The notes beneath the pieces were generated by a model. The model saw only the letters and a list, made by a program, of their open reading frames with translations, was not told the origin of the DNA and made no database searches. A stretch of DNA of 64,000 nt. It comes from Candidatus Hydrogenedentota bacterium. Lineage in GTDB: Bacteria; Hydrogenedentota; Hydrogenedentia; Hydrogenedentales; JAEUWI01. The position numbers and the translations under genes were made by a program. Positions within the stretch are counted from its first letter, which is position 1; every line of letters starts with the position of its first letter. Where the stretch lies: assembly GCA_034669905.1 (NCBI GenBank), contig JAXMOL010000023.1:1-64000 (forward strand). The letters are read 5' to 3'. Positions 19,300 to 28,569 of this stretch are shown here, piece after piece.

Positions 19300-19723
19300 A
19301 TGGTGCGGACTTTCAGCCCTTCACGATTCTCTACCCCCTGTCCTGGGCCGTTGGCCCAGGCTGGTATGCGGTTGCGCCGTTGGCGCGGAGAAAATTCATC
19401 CGAGTGGAATTACGGAGACCTGGCCCCTGCACATTGCGGATGCCAACAAGGGGAACACATCGGGATGGATACCCAAGCTGGAATACTGTTGCGCCCTTCG
19501 CGCAGAGGAAAATCATCCGAGTGAAATTACGGAGACCTGGCCCCTGCACATTGCGGATGCCAACAACGGGAACACATCGGGATGGAAACCAAGGCCAACT
19601 ACACATGTTCGCAACCCAATAGGTCGCACAGATAGCGCCAACGGCGCGACAACATACCAGCCTGGGGCAACGCCCCAGGAAACCTTAGAGGCATTCTGTT
19701 CAAGGGCTGAAAGCCCGCTCCAT
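19300..19723. repeat. Right repeat block: direct repeat of the left block with one fewer 117-bp unit (19388, 19505)
   Basis: 19608-19723 matches 18671-18786 with one mismatch by eye. Confidence 0.92.
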
Positions 19724-19835
19724 TCCATGGTGAATATACCCACTTGTACAATTTCCCGTCGGGCTTCGCAACTCCTGGTATTCACAGAACGGTAGCACCA
19801 AGTTCAACGCTATCCAAACCCCGAGAACATATCCC

Positions 19836-20147
19836 ATGACCGACACCTCCCCCATCCTCATGTTTAACGCACTCTGGTTCAAACCCGATGGCGGCGCCGA
19901 AAAATACCATGAATATATGCGCGCGGCCTTTCCCATCATGCAACGGCATGGCGGCATCAAACGCACCGGCGGAATCCCGGAGAAGTCCCTCATTGGCAGC
20001 TTTGACGCCGACCTCATTTTTTTCATCGAATGGCCCAGCGAATCGGCCTTTCAGGCCTTCCTGAAGGACCCCGATTTCCCCGCCGCGCAACAGCTTCGGG
20101 AAGCGGCGATTCGTGATTCACTCTTGATTCGTTGTGCACCCGTGTAA
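19836..20147 (+). CDS. DUF1330-like small ferredoxin-fold protein
   Basis: YHEYMRAAFPIMQRHGG, IEWPSESAF, LREAA pattern. Confidence 0.8.
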   Translation: MTDTSPILMFNALWFKPDGGAEKYHEYMRAAFPIMQRHGGIKRTGGIPEKSLIGSFDADLIFFIEWPSESAFQAFLKDPDFPAAQQLREAAIRDSLLIRCAPV

Positions 20148-20208
20148 TGTGTAAGAATCGTTCCGCCACATCTTGCGAAAAAAACAATTCTCTATAACGG
20201 ATATTCCC

Positions 20209-21507
20209 ATGAAGGAAAAACTACACGAAGCCCTGGCCCTCTCCCCCGCGGAACTCTTTGCCCTGCTCCCGCCCAACCGGGTAGGCGAAACGGACCGACG
20301 CTATATGAACGAGGTCCTCGACGCCGGCTTCCGGAATACCATCGACCCGGCAGGCATCCATCAACGTCTGGAGGCCGCCTTCGCTCAGCGCTTTGGGACG
20401 GGCTATGCCATTCAACATAATTCCGGCACGGGCACGATGCACACCTGCCTGTTGGCGGCGGGCATTGGCCCCGGTGATGAGGTTATTGTGCCGCCCCTTA
20501 CGGCGGTGTCCACTGCCGTGGTCGTGGTCCAGTGTGGCGCGGTGCCGGTCTTCGCCGATATCGATCCCAAAACCTACAACATGGACCCGTCCGACGTCGC
20601 CCGCAAGATTACGCCCTATACCCGGGCCATCATCCCCGTGAGCCTTTATGGCCTTCCGCCGGACTACGATCCCATCATGGCCCTGGCCGAGACCCACGGC
20701 CTGGCGGTCATTGAGGACAATGCGGAGTGCTTTCTGTCCACCTACAAAGGGCGGATGGTGGGCACCATCGGCCACGCGGCGAGCTACAGCTTTCAGGCGT
20801 CCAAGCATATGACCTCGGGCGGCGATGGCGGCATGGTCATCACCAACGACAAGGAATACGCGAAGAACATCCGCAAGCGGGGCGCTTTGGGTTTTCGCAC
20901 ACTGGGGGCTACGCCGGGCGATACCTTCGTGCCCCGGGATGTGCGGCAGGATTACGAATTCGAGCGCCACGATGTGATGGGCTACAACTACCGCATGTCG
21001 GCGGTGCAGGCGGCCTTGGCGCTGGCTCAACTCGAACGGCTCAATGCTCTGGTGGCGGCCCGTATCTATATTGCCGGCCAATACGCCCAGGTCATCGAAG
21101 AGGAAGGGTGTGACTGGCTCGTTCCCCCCTTCGTGCCCGAAGGCTCCACCCACAGCTATTGGACCTATGTCTGTCGCCTCGACCCAGCGCGGGCGGGCGT
21201 CAGCTGGCGAGACTTCCGCAGCGCCTTCATCGAAAATGGCGGCGACGGACTCTACTCCGCGTGGCGGCCGGTGCACCTGGAGCCGGTCTTCCGGGACCTC
21301 GCCTTCTATGGCCGCCCCGAGCAGGCACCCAACTTCGACCCGCGCTATGAAGGCAAGGTGAAAAGCTACCAGGCAGGCGATTGCCCCGTGTGTGAGGCCG
21401 TCCAGCCCTTCCTCTGTCAGTTCAAGACCAGCATGCAGACCCTCGAGCGGGTCGAGGGGCAGGTCGAGGCGTTGCGGAAGACAATTCGTCAAGTAGCCTC
21501 TCGTTAA
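20209..21507 (+). CDS. DegT/DnrJ/EryC1/StrS PLP-dependent aminotransferase
   Basis: NSGT, GPGDEVIVP, PVFADID, IEDNAE, SFQASKHMTSGGDGG, GYNYRM. Confidence 0.93.
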   Translation: MKEKLHEALALSPAELFALLPPNRVGETDRRYMNEVLDAGFRNTIDPAGIHQRLEAAFAQRFGTGYAIQHNSGTGTMHTCLLAAGIGPGDEVIVPPLTAVSTAVVVVQCGAVPVFADIDPKTYNMDPSDVARKITPYTRAIIPVSLYGLPPDYDPIMALAETHGLAVIEDNAECFLSTYKGRMVGTIGHAASYSFQASKHMTSGGDGGMVITNDKEYAKNIRKRGALGFRTLGATPGDTFVPRDVRQDYEFERHDVMGYNYRMSAVQAALALAQLERLNALVAARIYIAGQYAQVIEEEGCDWLVPPFVPEGSTHSYWTYVCRLDPARAGVSWRDFRSAFIENGGDGLYSAWRPVHLEPVFRDLAFYGRPEQAPNFDPRYEGKVKSYQAGDCPVCEAVQPFLCQFKTSMQTLERVEGQVEALRKTIRQVASR

Positions 21508-21554
21508 TGGGTTGGAGAATTAATCCCTCCATATGGGCACCCCACTGCTTTGAT

Positions 21555-21746
21555 CGTGCCACGCGATCCGGCCCCGCCGGTTCGTGTGTACGTAAGCGGC
21601 TGGACTTCGCCCCGTACGGAACAAACTGAAGATTTCCCTCGTGCAATAACGGTGCACTCCGATCGCCAGAGAACGGCTGAATCCTGTATGCTGGAGCATT
21701 ATTGACTCCATTCACACGAACCGGCGGGGCCGGATCGCGTGGCACG
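21555..21746. repeat. REPIN/MITE-like element with perfect 34-bp terminal inverted repeats
   Basis: 21555-21588 is the exact reverse complement of 21713-21746; variant copy at 54355-54388. Confidence 0.88.
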
Positions 21747-21831
21747 TTGGTTGTAGTTAGGCCGCTTCCGAATTGTTAAAACATTTTTATCGTTATCGAC
21801 GTCCTCAAGTGCTCAAAAAGGATTTCTTTTG

Positions 21832-24024
21832 ATGTTTTCAGGCTCATTTCGCAATGTATTATTCCATGTGGCGTTTTGCGCCGTGCTGGTATCGAGCATC
21901 GGCGCCACCGCCCAAGAGCTCACCGTGATGGTGGACCCTGTCACGCGCCACTTCACCATCAAGTACCCCGTCCCGGCAAACGCGCCCGACGCCGTCGATG
22001 TCGTCTGCTCGGTCTCCCCGGCGGGCGCGAACGAATGGCAGCCAGCCCCCGTAATGCCCGCCGTGTCGGAAACCGCCATGGTCATGCTCCCCGCAGACGC
22101 CTGGGCGCAATGGCAGACCGGTCACATCACCGAACGTCGGGCGGCGGGTCTGGACCGAACCCTCGTGTTTAACCCGTACCCCCACTTCCAGCACGATGGC
22201 CGCGTCGATGCGGATTTTCGCATCGTGATTCGCGGCGAGGGCGATGCCGAGCTTGCCACCTACACCACCCATCTTGAGGCCGAGAATTCCGATGTGGTCT
22301 ACATCGAGGACTGGTCCCAGGTCTTCCAACAGGACCAACTTCAAGAAGAAGAGGGCGAAGATGCCCAGAAGTGGCAATGGCGCACAGGGTGGGATGAAAA
22401 ACTCGGCATGTCGCAGGGCAACAGCCTCCATGCCGGTGCCGGCTTGGATACGCCCATTCCGCCCCTTTCCTACCCCCTCGACCTGCGCGGTTGGTATGCC
22501 ATCTATGTCCATGTGCCCGGGGTCATCCGCCTCCGCCTTACGGGCGAAGAGCGGACCGACTACTTATCATCTCGTCGGGGCGAAGAGGTCCTATGGAAGT
22601 GGGCCAAACTCGACCACCAGAACCTCGTGCTGGAGCAGTCCCACAACTACAAGGGCTACGTCCCCGCGACCATTGACTACGTAAAGCTCGTCCCGCTGAC
22701 CGATGAACAACACGCGGCCTTGGAAGCCCCCTTCACCGCGCCCCACGACAAGTTCATCGCGGGCTACTGGGAACCCTACTCCTATGCCTTCCATGACCGC
22801 GTGGAAAACACCCTCTGGCATCGGGAATACCTCACGGCGTACCCGGAAGCCAACATCGATCTCGTGGACATGCAAATCGGGCGCATGGGTATGAAGGTCG
22901 TTTACGAATCCCGAATCGCCGAGAACCTCTACTACGCCACCATCGGCGATCCCATCGGCAATGTGTCCCGTCCCACCACCGACAATGTGGGCCGAATGCA
23001 GCAATACACCAACACCCTCCAGACGTCGGTGCGCCACGCGAAAGAACTCGGCGTGAAGCTCCATGCCAATTTTGGCGCGAGCAATTGCTATCCCGGCTCG
23101 CCGTTACAGGGTCAGTTTTCCAAAGACCACCCCGAATGGATGCGGGGCTCCACCTTGCGCTATGAGGTGCCCGAAGTGCGCGCCTTCGCCCTGAGTCTTT
23201 TCCGCGAATCCCTGGAGTTGGGGGCCGGGGGTATCTCCATCGATTACTGTCGCTACCCCGGCACCATCGACGTGCCCGAGACGGGCAACCTCTTCCAAAA
23301 AGAGCTCCGGGCCCTCGCCGATGAATTTTCCGCCGCACGGGGTGAGGCGGTGCCCATCCTCGTGCGCTTCCCCGTCCATGGGGCCGACCGCAGCGATAAC
23401 TTTGACTACGTCACCTGGGCCAAGGAAGGCTGGGTGGACTACCTCTGTCCCAGCAACATCCAGGGCCGCCACAATCACTTCGACATCGCGCCCTACCTGG
23501 AAGCGGTGGCCGGAACGAAGACGACCCTGCTCCCGTCGATGGACGGCCTCGCCTGGGGCAATCCTCTGCCGGGGCCCTTTCTCTGGCGGGCGAAGCAACT
23601 TTACGATGGGGGCGCGCCGGGAACCTACATCTACCAGGCCGACTCCCGTGTGTTGGGCAAGCCCGTTGATCGCCGCACTATGCGCATGCTGGTAAGCAGC
23701 CGCGCAATTAACTCCTACTGGCAGCAAGATTCCGTAGAGCGTCCCAACCGCAGCAAGGGCATTTACATCACCAACAATATGCAGGTCGAAGGCTGGCACG
23801 GCTGGCAGCGGCTCCGCGTCTGGCTCGAGGGCATCCCCTTCGGCACGGTGGAGTATTACCTGGACGGCGAACTCGTGGACACCGATTCCGGGCCACCCTA
23901 CCTGCTGGGCACGGAAGACCGTGAATCCGACGGCATCATCCCATCGGGAGAACACGAGCTGAAGATTCGCGCCCAGGACGGCGATGGGTGGCTGGAGGAG
24001 ACCTTTACGATCAAGGGCGCCTGA
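21832..24024 (+). CDS. Secreted GHL/DUF187-like TIM-barrel protein with N-terminal beta domains and a C-terminal Ig-like domain
   Basis: Signal peptide; HAKELGVKLHA, DHPEW, LRYEVPEVR, GISIDYCRYP, WAKEGWVDYL. Confidence 0.7.
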   Translation: MFSGSFRNVLFHVAFCAVLVSSIGATAQELTVMVDPVTRHFTIKYPVPANAPDAVDVVCSVSPAGANEWQPAPVMPAVSETAMVMLPADAWAQWQTGHITERRAAGLDRTLVFNPYPHFQHDGRVDADFRIVIRGEGDAELATYTTHLEAENSDVVYIEDWSQVFQQDQLQEEEGEDAQKWQWRTGWDEKLGMSQGNSLHAGAGLDTPIPPLSYPLDLRGWYAIYVHVPGVIRLRLTGEERTDYLSSRRGEEVLWKWAKLDHQNLVLEQSHNYKGYVPATIDYVKLVPLTDEQHAALEAPFTAPHDKFIAGYWEPYSYAFHDRVENTLWHREYLTAYPEANIDLVDMQIGRMGMKVVYESRIAENLYYATIGDPIGNVSRPTTDNVGRMQQYTNTLQTSVRHAKELGVKLHANFGASNCYPGSPLQGQFSKDHPEWMRGSTLRYEVPEVRAFALSLFRESLELGAGGISIDYCRYPGTIDVPETGNLFQKELRALADEFSAARGEAVPILVRFPVHGADRSDNFDYVTWAKEGWVDYLCPSNIQGRHNHFDIAPYLEAVAGTKTTLLPSMDGLAWGNPLPGPFLWRAKQLYDGGAPGTYIYQADSRVLGKPVDRRTMRMLVSSRAINSYWQQDSVERPNRSKGIYITNNMQVEGWHGWQRLRVWLEGIPFGTVEYYLDGELVDTDSGPPYLLGTEDRESDGIIPSGEHELKIRAQDGDGWLEETFTIKGA

Positions 24025-24090
24025 GGCCGAAATCCTTGACACCAGAGCATCGCCCCGGTGAATTGATGTTCATGACACCAGGAGACGCCC

Positions 24091-24858
24091 ATGAAACGAC
24101 TTCGGATGCCCATCGCACTTTCCCTCAGTCTGGCGCTGCTCATTGCCCTCTCCCTTTCGGCGAGCTGGGGCTATCGCGGACTCCATCGACGGGCTCTCGC
24201 CAGCGCGACCTATGCACCACCCCCCTCTGGCATGGTCCTGATTCCGGCGGGCACATTTATACGAGGCAATGCCGATCCCGCCGCGCCGCCCGACGAAGGG
24301 CCGCTGCGCACCGACTTTCTACCGGCTTTTTACATCGACACCTATGAAGTAACCCATGAACAATACAAGGCCTTTGACCCGGCCCACATAATCCCCACGG
24401 GAAAAGCAGCCTATCCGCTGACCGGCCTCTCTCTGGAGGAGGCACGGGCCTATGCGGCGGCGATTGGAAAACGCCTCCCCACCGCTGCCGAGTGGGAAAA
24501 GGCCGCCCGGGGCACCGATGGACGGGTCTATCCCTGGGGGGACTCCTATCAACCCGAGTATGCCAATCTCGGCGGAAAGCCCGGCCTCATGGCCGTCGGT
24601 TCTTTTCCAAAGGGCCAGAGCCCCTTTGGCACCCACGACATGGCGGGAAACGCGTGGGAGTGGGTGGACACCCCCTACATACAGCGAAGCTGGTTCAGCG
24701 CGTCGTCCTATGAAACGGAAATCATTAAGGGCGGCGCCTTCTCCTATGCGCCATTCCAGGGGCGGGCCAGCTACAACGGCTTTGAAGGCATCGGCGGCAC
24801 CTGCAACGATGTGGGCTTTCGCTGCGTGATCGACGCATCCCCCATTCCTTCCCCCTAG
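24091..24858 (+). CDS. FGE/SUMF1-fold protein
   Basis: MVLIPAG, YEVT, RLPTAAEWEKAARG, DMAGNAWEW, GFRC; lacks the FGE catalytic Cys pair. Confidence 0.9.
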   Translation: MKRLRMPIALSLSLALLIALSLSASWGYRGLHRRALASATYAPPPSGMVLIPAGTFIRGNADPAAPPDEGPLRTDFLPAFYIDTYEVTHEQYKAFDPAHIIPTGKAAYPLTGLSLEEARAYAAAIGKRLPTAAEWEKAARGTDGRVYPWGDSYQPEYANLGGKPGLMAVGSFPKGQSPFGTHDMAGNAWEWVDTPYIQRSWFSASSYETEIIKGGAFSYAPFQGRASYNGFEGIGGTCNDVGFRCVIDASPIPSP

Positions 24859-24992
24859 TTCTCTTGGGGGGCGCTTCTGCACCTGAGACATCCTTTTCCG
24901 TTGTACTCAATGGTCATTTTTGCTAGGCTGACAGAAGGCCCATCAGGTGCCTGCCCCCTGATGGAAGAAAAATCTTCGGGAGTTAATGTGCC

Positions 24993-26117
24993 ATGGCAGA
25001 TTTCTGTAATACCACTCCACGGATAGCCCAATTCGCCCGTTGCGCTTGTCCGGCCCGTCTCGCTGTCCCCTTAATACTTCTGCTCGTAGTTAACGCGGTG
25101 CTGAGTCCCGCGGCGGGGGCAGAAGAACGCCCGCTCCAGGTCGGCGTGCTCTATTGGTCCATGAATATTCCCGGACAAGTCGCGATGCGTCAGGGGCTCG
25201 AGGAGGAATTAAAGCGTATCAATCAGGCGGTGACCAAGAATAATGGTCCGACCCTGGCCCTTACGGCCCATGTCGCCGGAGATGATGAATCCGGCATTGA
25301 ACGTCAAATTGAACAGATGAACGAACTGGTCGACGCCGGCATGGATATCATCATTGTGCAACCTACGGACAATGCCGCCCTCACGGGGCCACTCCGCCGC
25401 GCCAATGCGCGCAACATCCCGGTTATTGCCTATGACCAGTACATCAGCGGAGGCAAGCTAACGGCATATCTCACTTCTGACAACTATCAGGCAGGTTATC
25501 TCGACGGCGAATACATCGCGCACATCTTCGAAGACTCCAAGACCATTAAGCTCATTCTCGTGGAATACCCCCACGTTTCTTCTACCGTGGAGCGGGTAAA
25601 TGGTTTCCTGGATGCACTGGGAGAACGCAAACAACCCTACACCATTCTTCGCACCTATAACGCCGTGGAGCCCGTGTCTGGCAAACGGGCGGGCGAAGCC
25701 ATTCTGAAAGACTTTCCCGACAAGCACTCGGTGGATGTTGTCTTCACCGTAAATGATGGCGGCGGCCTGGCGGTCGTTGACGTGCTGGCAGGAGCAGGCC
25801 GTCAGGAAGTCACCGTTGCAACCATAGACGGCGATCCGGCTTCGATCAAGAACATTGAATCGGGCCGCCTGACCCGCATCGATTCCGCCCAATTCTGCGG
25901 CGCGCTTGGCGCCGAGGCCATGAAGACCGCCTATCGCGTATTGCAAGGTAAAGACGTGCCTGCCCACACGCTGATTCCCGTTTTTCCGATTACCCGGGAG
26001 ACCCGCAACCGTTACCCCGGGTGGATGGGCGACATTCCAGCCCCCTTTGAGAAACCGTGGCCCAGCAGAACACCTACGTGGGTCGGCGCCCCACGGGCAG
26101 CCACCGCCCGTGAATAG
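24993..26117 (+). CDS. RbsB-like periplasmic sugar-binding protein
   Basis: Signal peptide; DIIIVQPTD, NIPVIAYD, SDNYQAG, ERVNGF, VND, IDG. Confidence 0.88.
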   Translation: MADFCNTTPRIAQFARCACPARLAVPLILLLVVNAVLSPAAGAEERPLQVGVLYWSMNIPGQVAMRQGLEEELKRINQAVTKNNGPTLALTAHVAGDDESGIERQIEQMNELVDAGMDIIIVQPTDNAALTGPLRRANARNIPVIAYDQYISGGKLTAYLTSDNYQAGYLDGEYIAHIFEDSKTIKLILVEYPHVSSTVERVNGFLDALGERKQPYTILRTYNAVEPVSGKRAGEAILKDFPDKHSVDVVFTVNDGGGLAVVDVLAGAGRQEVTVATIDGDPASIKNIESGRLTRIDSAQFCGALGAEAMKTAYRVLQGKDVPAHTLIPVFPITRETRNRYPGWMGDIPAPFEKPWPSRTPTWVGAPRAATARE

Positions 26118-28392
26118 CCCCCCCCATGAGTCCCTGGAATTATGGGAAGATGAAACGGCGGTTTCTCTTTCGCGCTTTGACCGACGTCTTGCAGCGGGCT
26201 TCGGGGCGCTCGTGCTGCTCCTGATGATCGTCGTGTCCCTTGTGGCCACCTATTCCAACCGTCAGATAGCCCAGACCCATGAGGAAGTCTTGTCTTCCGC
26301 GTTGACAGGCATTCTGGCAGAATCCATTAATCGCTCCAGCTTTTCAGGCCGCTATCACACCCGACGACTTCTCGAAGAAATCACCGCCCACCACCCCCAA
26401 CTGCGCTACGTCTATGTGGCCGACGGAGCGCTTACCATTGTTGCGCACAGTGACCCTGCGCAGAACGATCAGACCATTCCTCCGCGCCTGGTCCACGAGT
26501 TAGAATCTGTCATGCGTGACCACGCCCCACGGTTTTCGCGCCAGCAGACTTCCACCGGCATGGTGCAGGAGATTGTCATGCCCTATTACTCCGGCTATGA
26601 GCGGGAAATCACCGGCGTCATCGTGGTGGGCATCTCCCTGCGCGATATTCGAAGTCAGGCCACCAACTACTGGATTCGCCTCGTCCTCCTTATTGCCCTA
26701 CTCACCATTATTTCGCTCGTCGCTACCTTCGGCCTCAGCCGCTATCTCGCAAACCCCGTGCGGCAGATGGCCCATACCCTTCAGGGAATTTTGCGGCATG
26801 CACCAGTCTATATCGGTCTCTTTCGCAACCCCAACCGGGTCGAACAGGTAAGCGACTCCACCCTTCCCCTCCTCCGTCTAACCGGTACGGCCGGGAAATG
26901 GCCTTTTTACGCCGCCGACGACACGGCACAACACCCAGTCACCTCCCCAACGGTAGGGGAAGTGCCCTTTCAGCAGGATGACGATACCCGGACGGCGGCA
27001 GTCACCACCTTTTCCGTAGAACCCAACGCAGACGTCGATGCCCCGCTGCTCTGTTCCATTGCCATGGATATTACGGAACAGCGTCGTGCAGAAGCGGCGC
27101 TACGTGAGCACCGGGATCAGTTGGAAGCCACCGTGCAAGAACGCACCGGGGAGCTCGAAGAAGCCTACACCTTACTACGGCAACGTGAGCGTGAAATCAT
27201 CACCTTAAGCAATCTGCGGGGTGCCCTTCTACGGGGCGGCTCCTTTGCGGAGCAATGCCAGGCCATTACCGACACCACGGCGACCTTGCTTGGCTCCCGC
27301 ATGGTACTCATCTGGGAAGTTGCCCATACCCCTACTATCGAAACCGCGCCCGCAAACGCCGACGAGGACGACACGCTCCGTCTGGCCGCACAAACTTCGG
27401 CCGTTCCCATTGACGCAAGTACGGTGCTGCAGTCCGACCCGATAGTCACCTTTCTCAGCCAGCAGACGCACCATGTCGTCACCGAGGGGCCCTTCGACGA
27501 CTGGACTTCCGAACAGGACATTACGGCGCTATACATGTCCCGTCTTGTCGACCCCTCCGGTGCCCTGATCGGGCTCCTTTCCGTCTACGCAACCCGGCCC
27601 TTCACCCCCCGACACCTCGCCATCCTGGAGGATATAACGACCACCTCCACCTACATAATCCAGGCCCAGCGAGCGCTCATGGATCTTCAACACGCCAATA
27701 AAAGCCTCATCAAACAGGAACGGCTCGCCACACTTGGCGAATTGACCGCCACGGTCAGCCACGAATTGCGCAATCCACTGGGGATAATTTCGGCCTCCTT
27801 CTTTTCCATCCAACGGGAGTTGGCCGATTCCGATGACCTTCGGGTAAAACGCATGCTGGAGCGGGGCAGTCGTGGCGTTCAACGGTGCGACCGCATCATT
27901 GAGGAACTGTTGTCCTTCACCCGCGCCACCACGCTCAGACCAGAGCGCACGATGATGGATAGGTGGCTTCGGGAAGAACTGGCGACCTACGCGTTTGACG
28001 AAGATATTCTCGTGGTAACGGACCTCCAACCGGACGTTCAGGTGGCCGTGGACCGTCAAGCACTCTACCAATGCCTGGTCAATTTACTTAACAACGCCTG
28101 CGATGCGCTCCGCGAATCCGATTCGGAAAACAAACGCATCCGAATTGTGCTCAAACGCGAAAACACCGCAATCCTGCTCTCCATCCATGACTCGGGCCCG
28201 GGCATCGACTCCGACACCCAAAAACAACTTTTCGAACCCCTCTTCAGCACCAAGGGTTTTGGCACCGGTCTGGGGCTGGCCCTGGTCCAGAAGCTCATCA
28301 CGCTCCATGGCGGCCGTATCGCTATCACAAGCGAGCCGGGCAAGGGAACCACCGCGACGTTGACAATTCCCGCAACGGATCAGGGGCTGTAA
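26110..28392 (+). CDS. Membrane sensor histidine kinase (Cache-like sensor, PAS-like and GAF-like regions, HisKA, HATPase)
   Basis: Two TM segments; ERLATLGELTATVSHELRNPL, NLLNNA, DSGPGI, FEPLFSTK, GTGLGL; start estimated (GTG overlapping the upstream stop). Confidence 0.9.
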   Translation: MNSPPHESLELWEDETAVSLSRFDRRLAAGFGALVLLLMIVVSLVATYSNRQIAQTHEEVLSSALTGILAESINRSSFSGRYHTRRLLEEITAHHPQLRYVYVADGALTIVAHSDPAQNDQTIPPRLVHELESVMRDHAPRFSRQQTSTGMVQEIVMPYYSGYEREITGVIVVGISLRDIRSQATNYWIRLVLLIALLTIISLVATFGLSRYLANPVRQMAHTLQGILRHAPVYIGLFRNPNRVEQVSDSTLPLLRLTGTAGKWPFYAADDTAQHPVTSPTVGEVPFQQDDDTRTAAVTTFSVEPNADVDAPLLCSIAMDITEQRRAEAALREHRDQLEATVQERTGELEEAYTLLRQREREIITLSNLRGALLRGGSFAEQCQAITDTTATLLGSRMVLIWEVAHTPTIETAPANADEDDTLRLAAQTSAVPIDASTVLQSDPIVTFLSQQTHHVVTEGPFDDWTSEQDITALYMSRLVDPSGALIGLLSVYATRPFTPRHLAILEDITTTSTYIIQAQRALMDLQHANKSLIKQERLATLGELTATVSHELRNPLGIISASFFSIQRELADSDDLRVKRMLERGSRGVQRCDRIIEELLSFTRATTLRPERTMMDRWLREELATYAFDEDILVVTDLQPDVQVAVDRQALYQCLVNLLNNACDALRESDSENKRIRIVLKRENTAILLSIHDSGPGIDSDTQKQLFEPLFSTKGFGTGLGLALVQKLITLHGGRIAITSEPGKGTTATLTIPATDQGL

Positions 28393-28569
28393 CCCTCCGC
28401 ACCTCCCCTTACTTGGGGCTGTAATCGGGACACTTTACGGCATTGGGGCGTTGCGGCCGGGTACAGGCCGTGCCGTAGTCCAATTGGCAATTGTCACACA
28501 AGAATTCGGTGGGGCAACGAAAACGAAGCCACCAGGCCCGAATCCGCTCACGTATACTGCGCTGAGTAC

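Noticed and set aside
18335..19590. Possible CRISPR array
   Set aside because: The 117-bp units are similar along their whole length with no unique spacers, and no cas genes are present in the window.
24091..24858. Active formylglycine-generating enzyme
   Set aside because: The catalytic Cys pair after the GG motif is absent and no sulfatase is adjacent.
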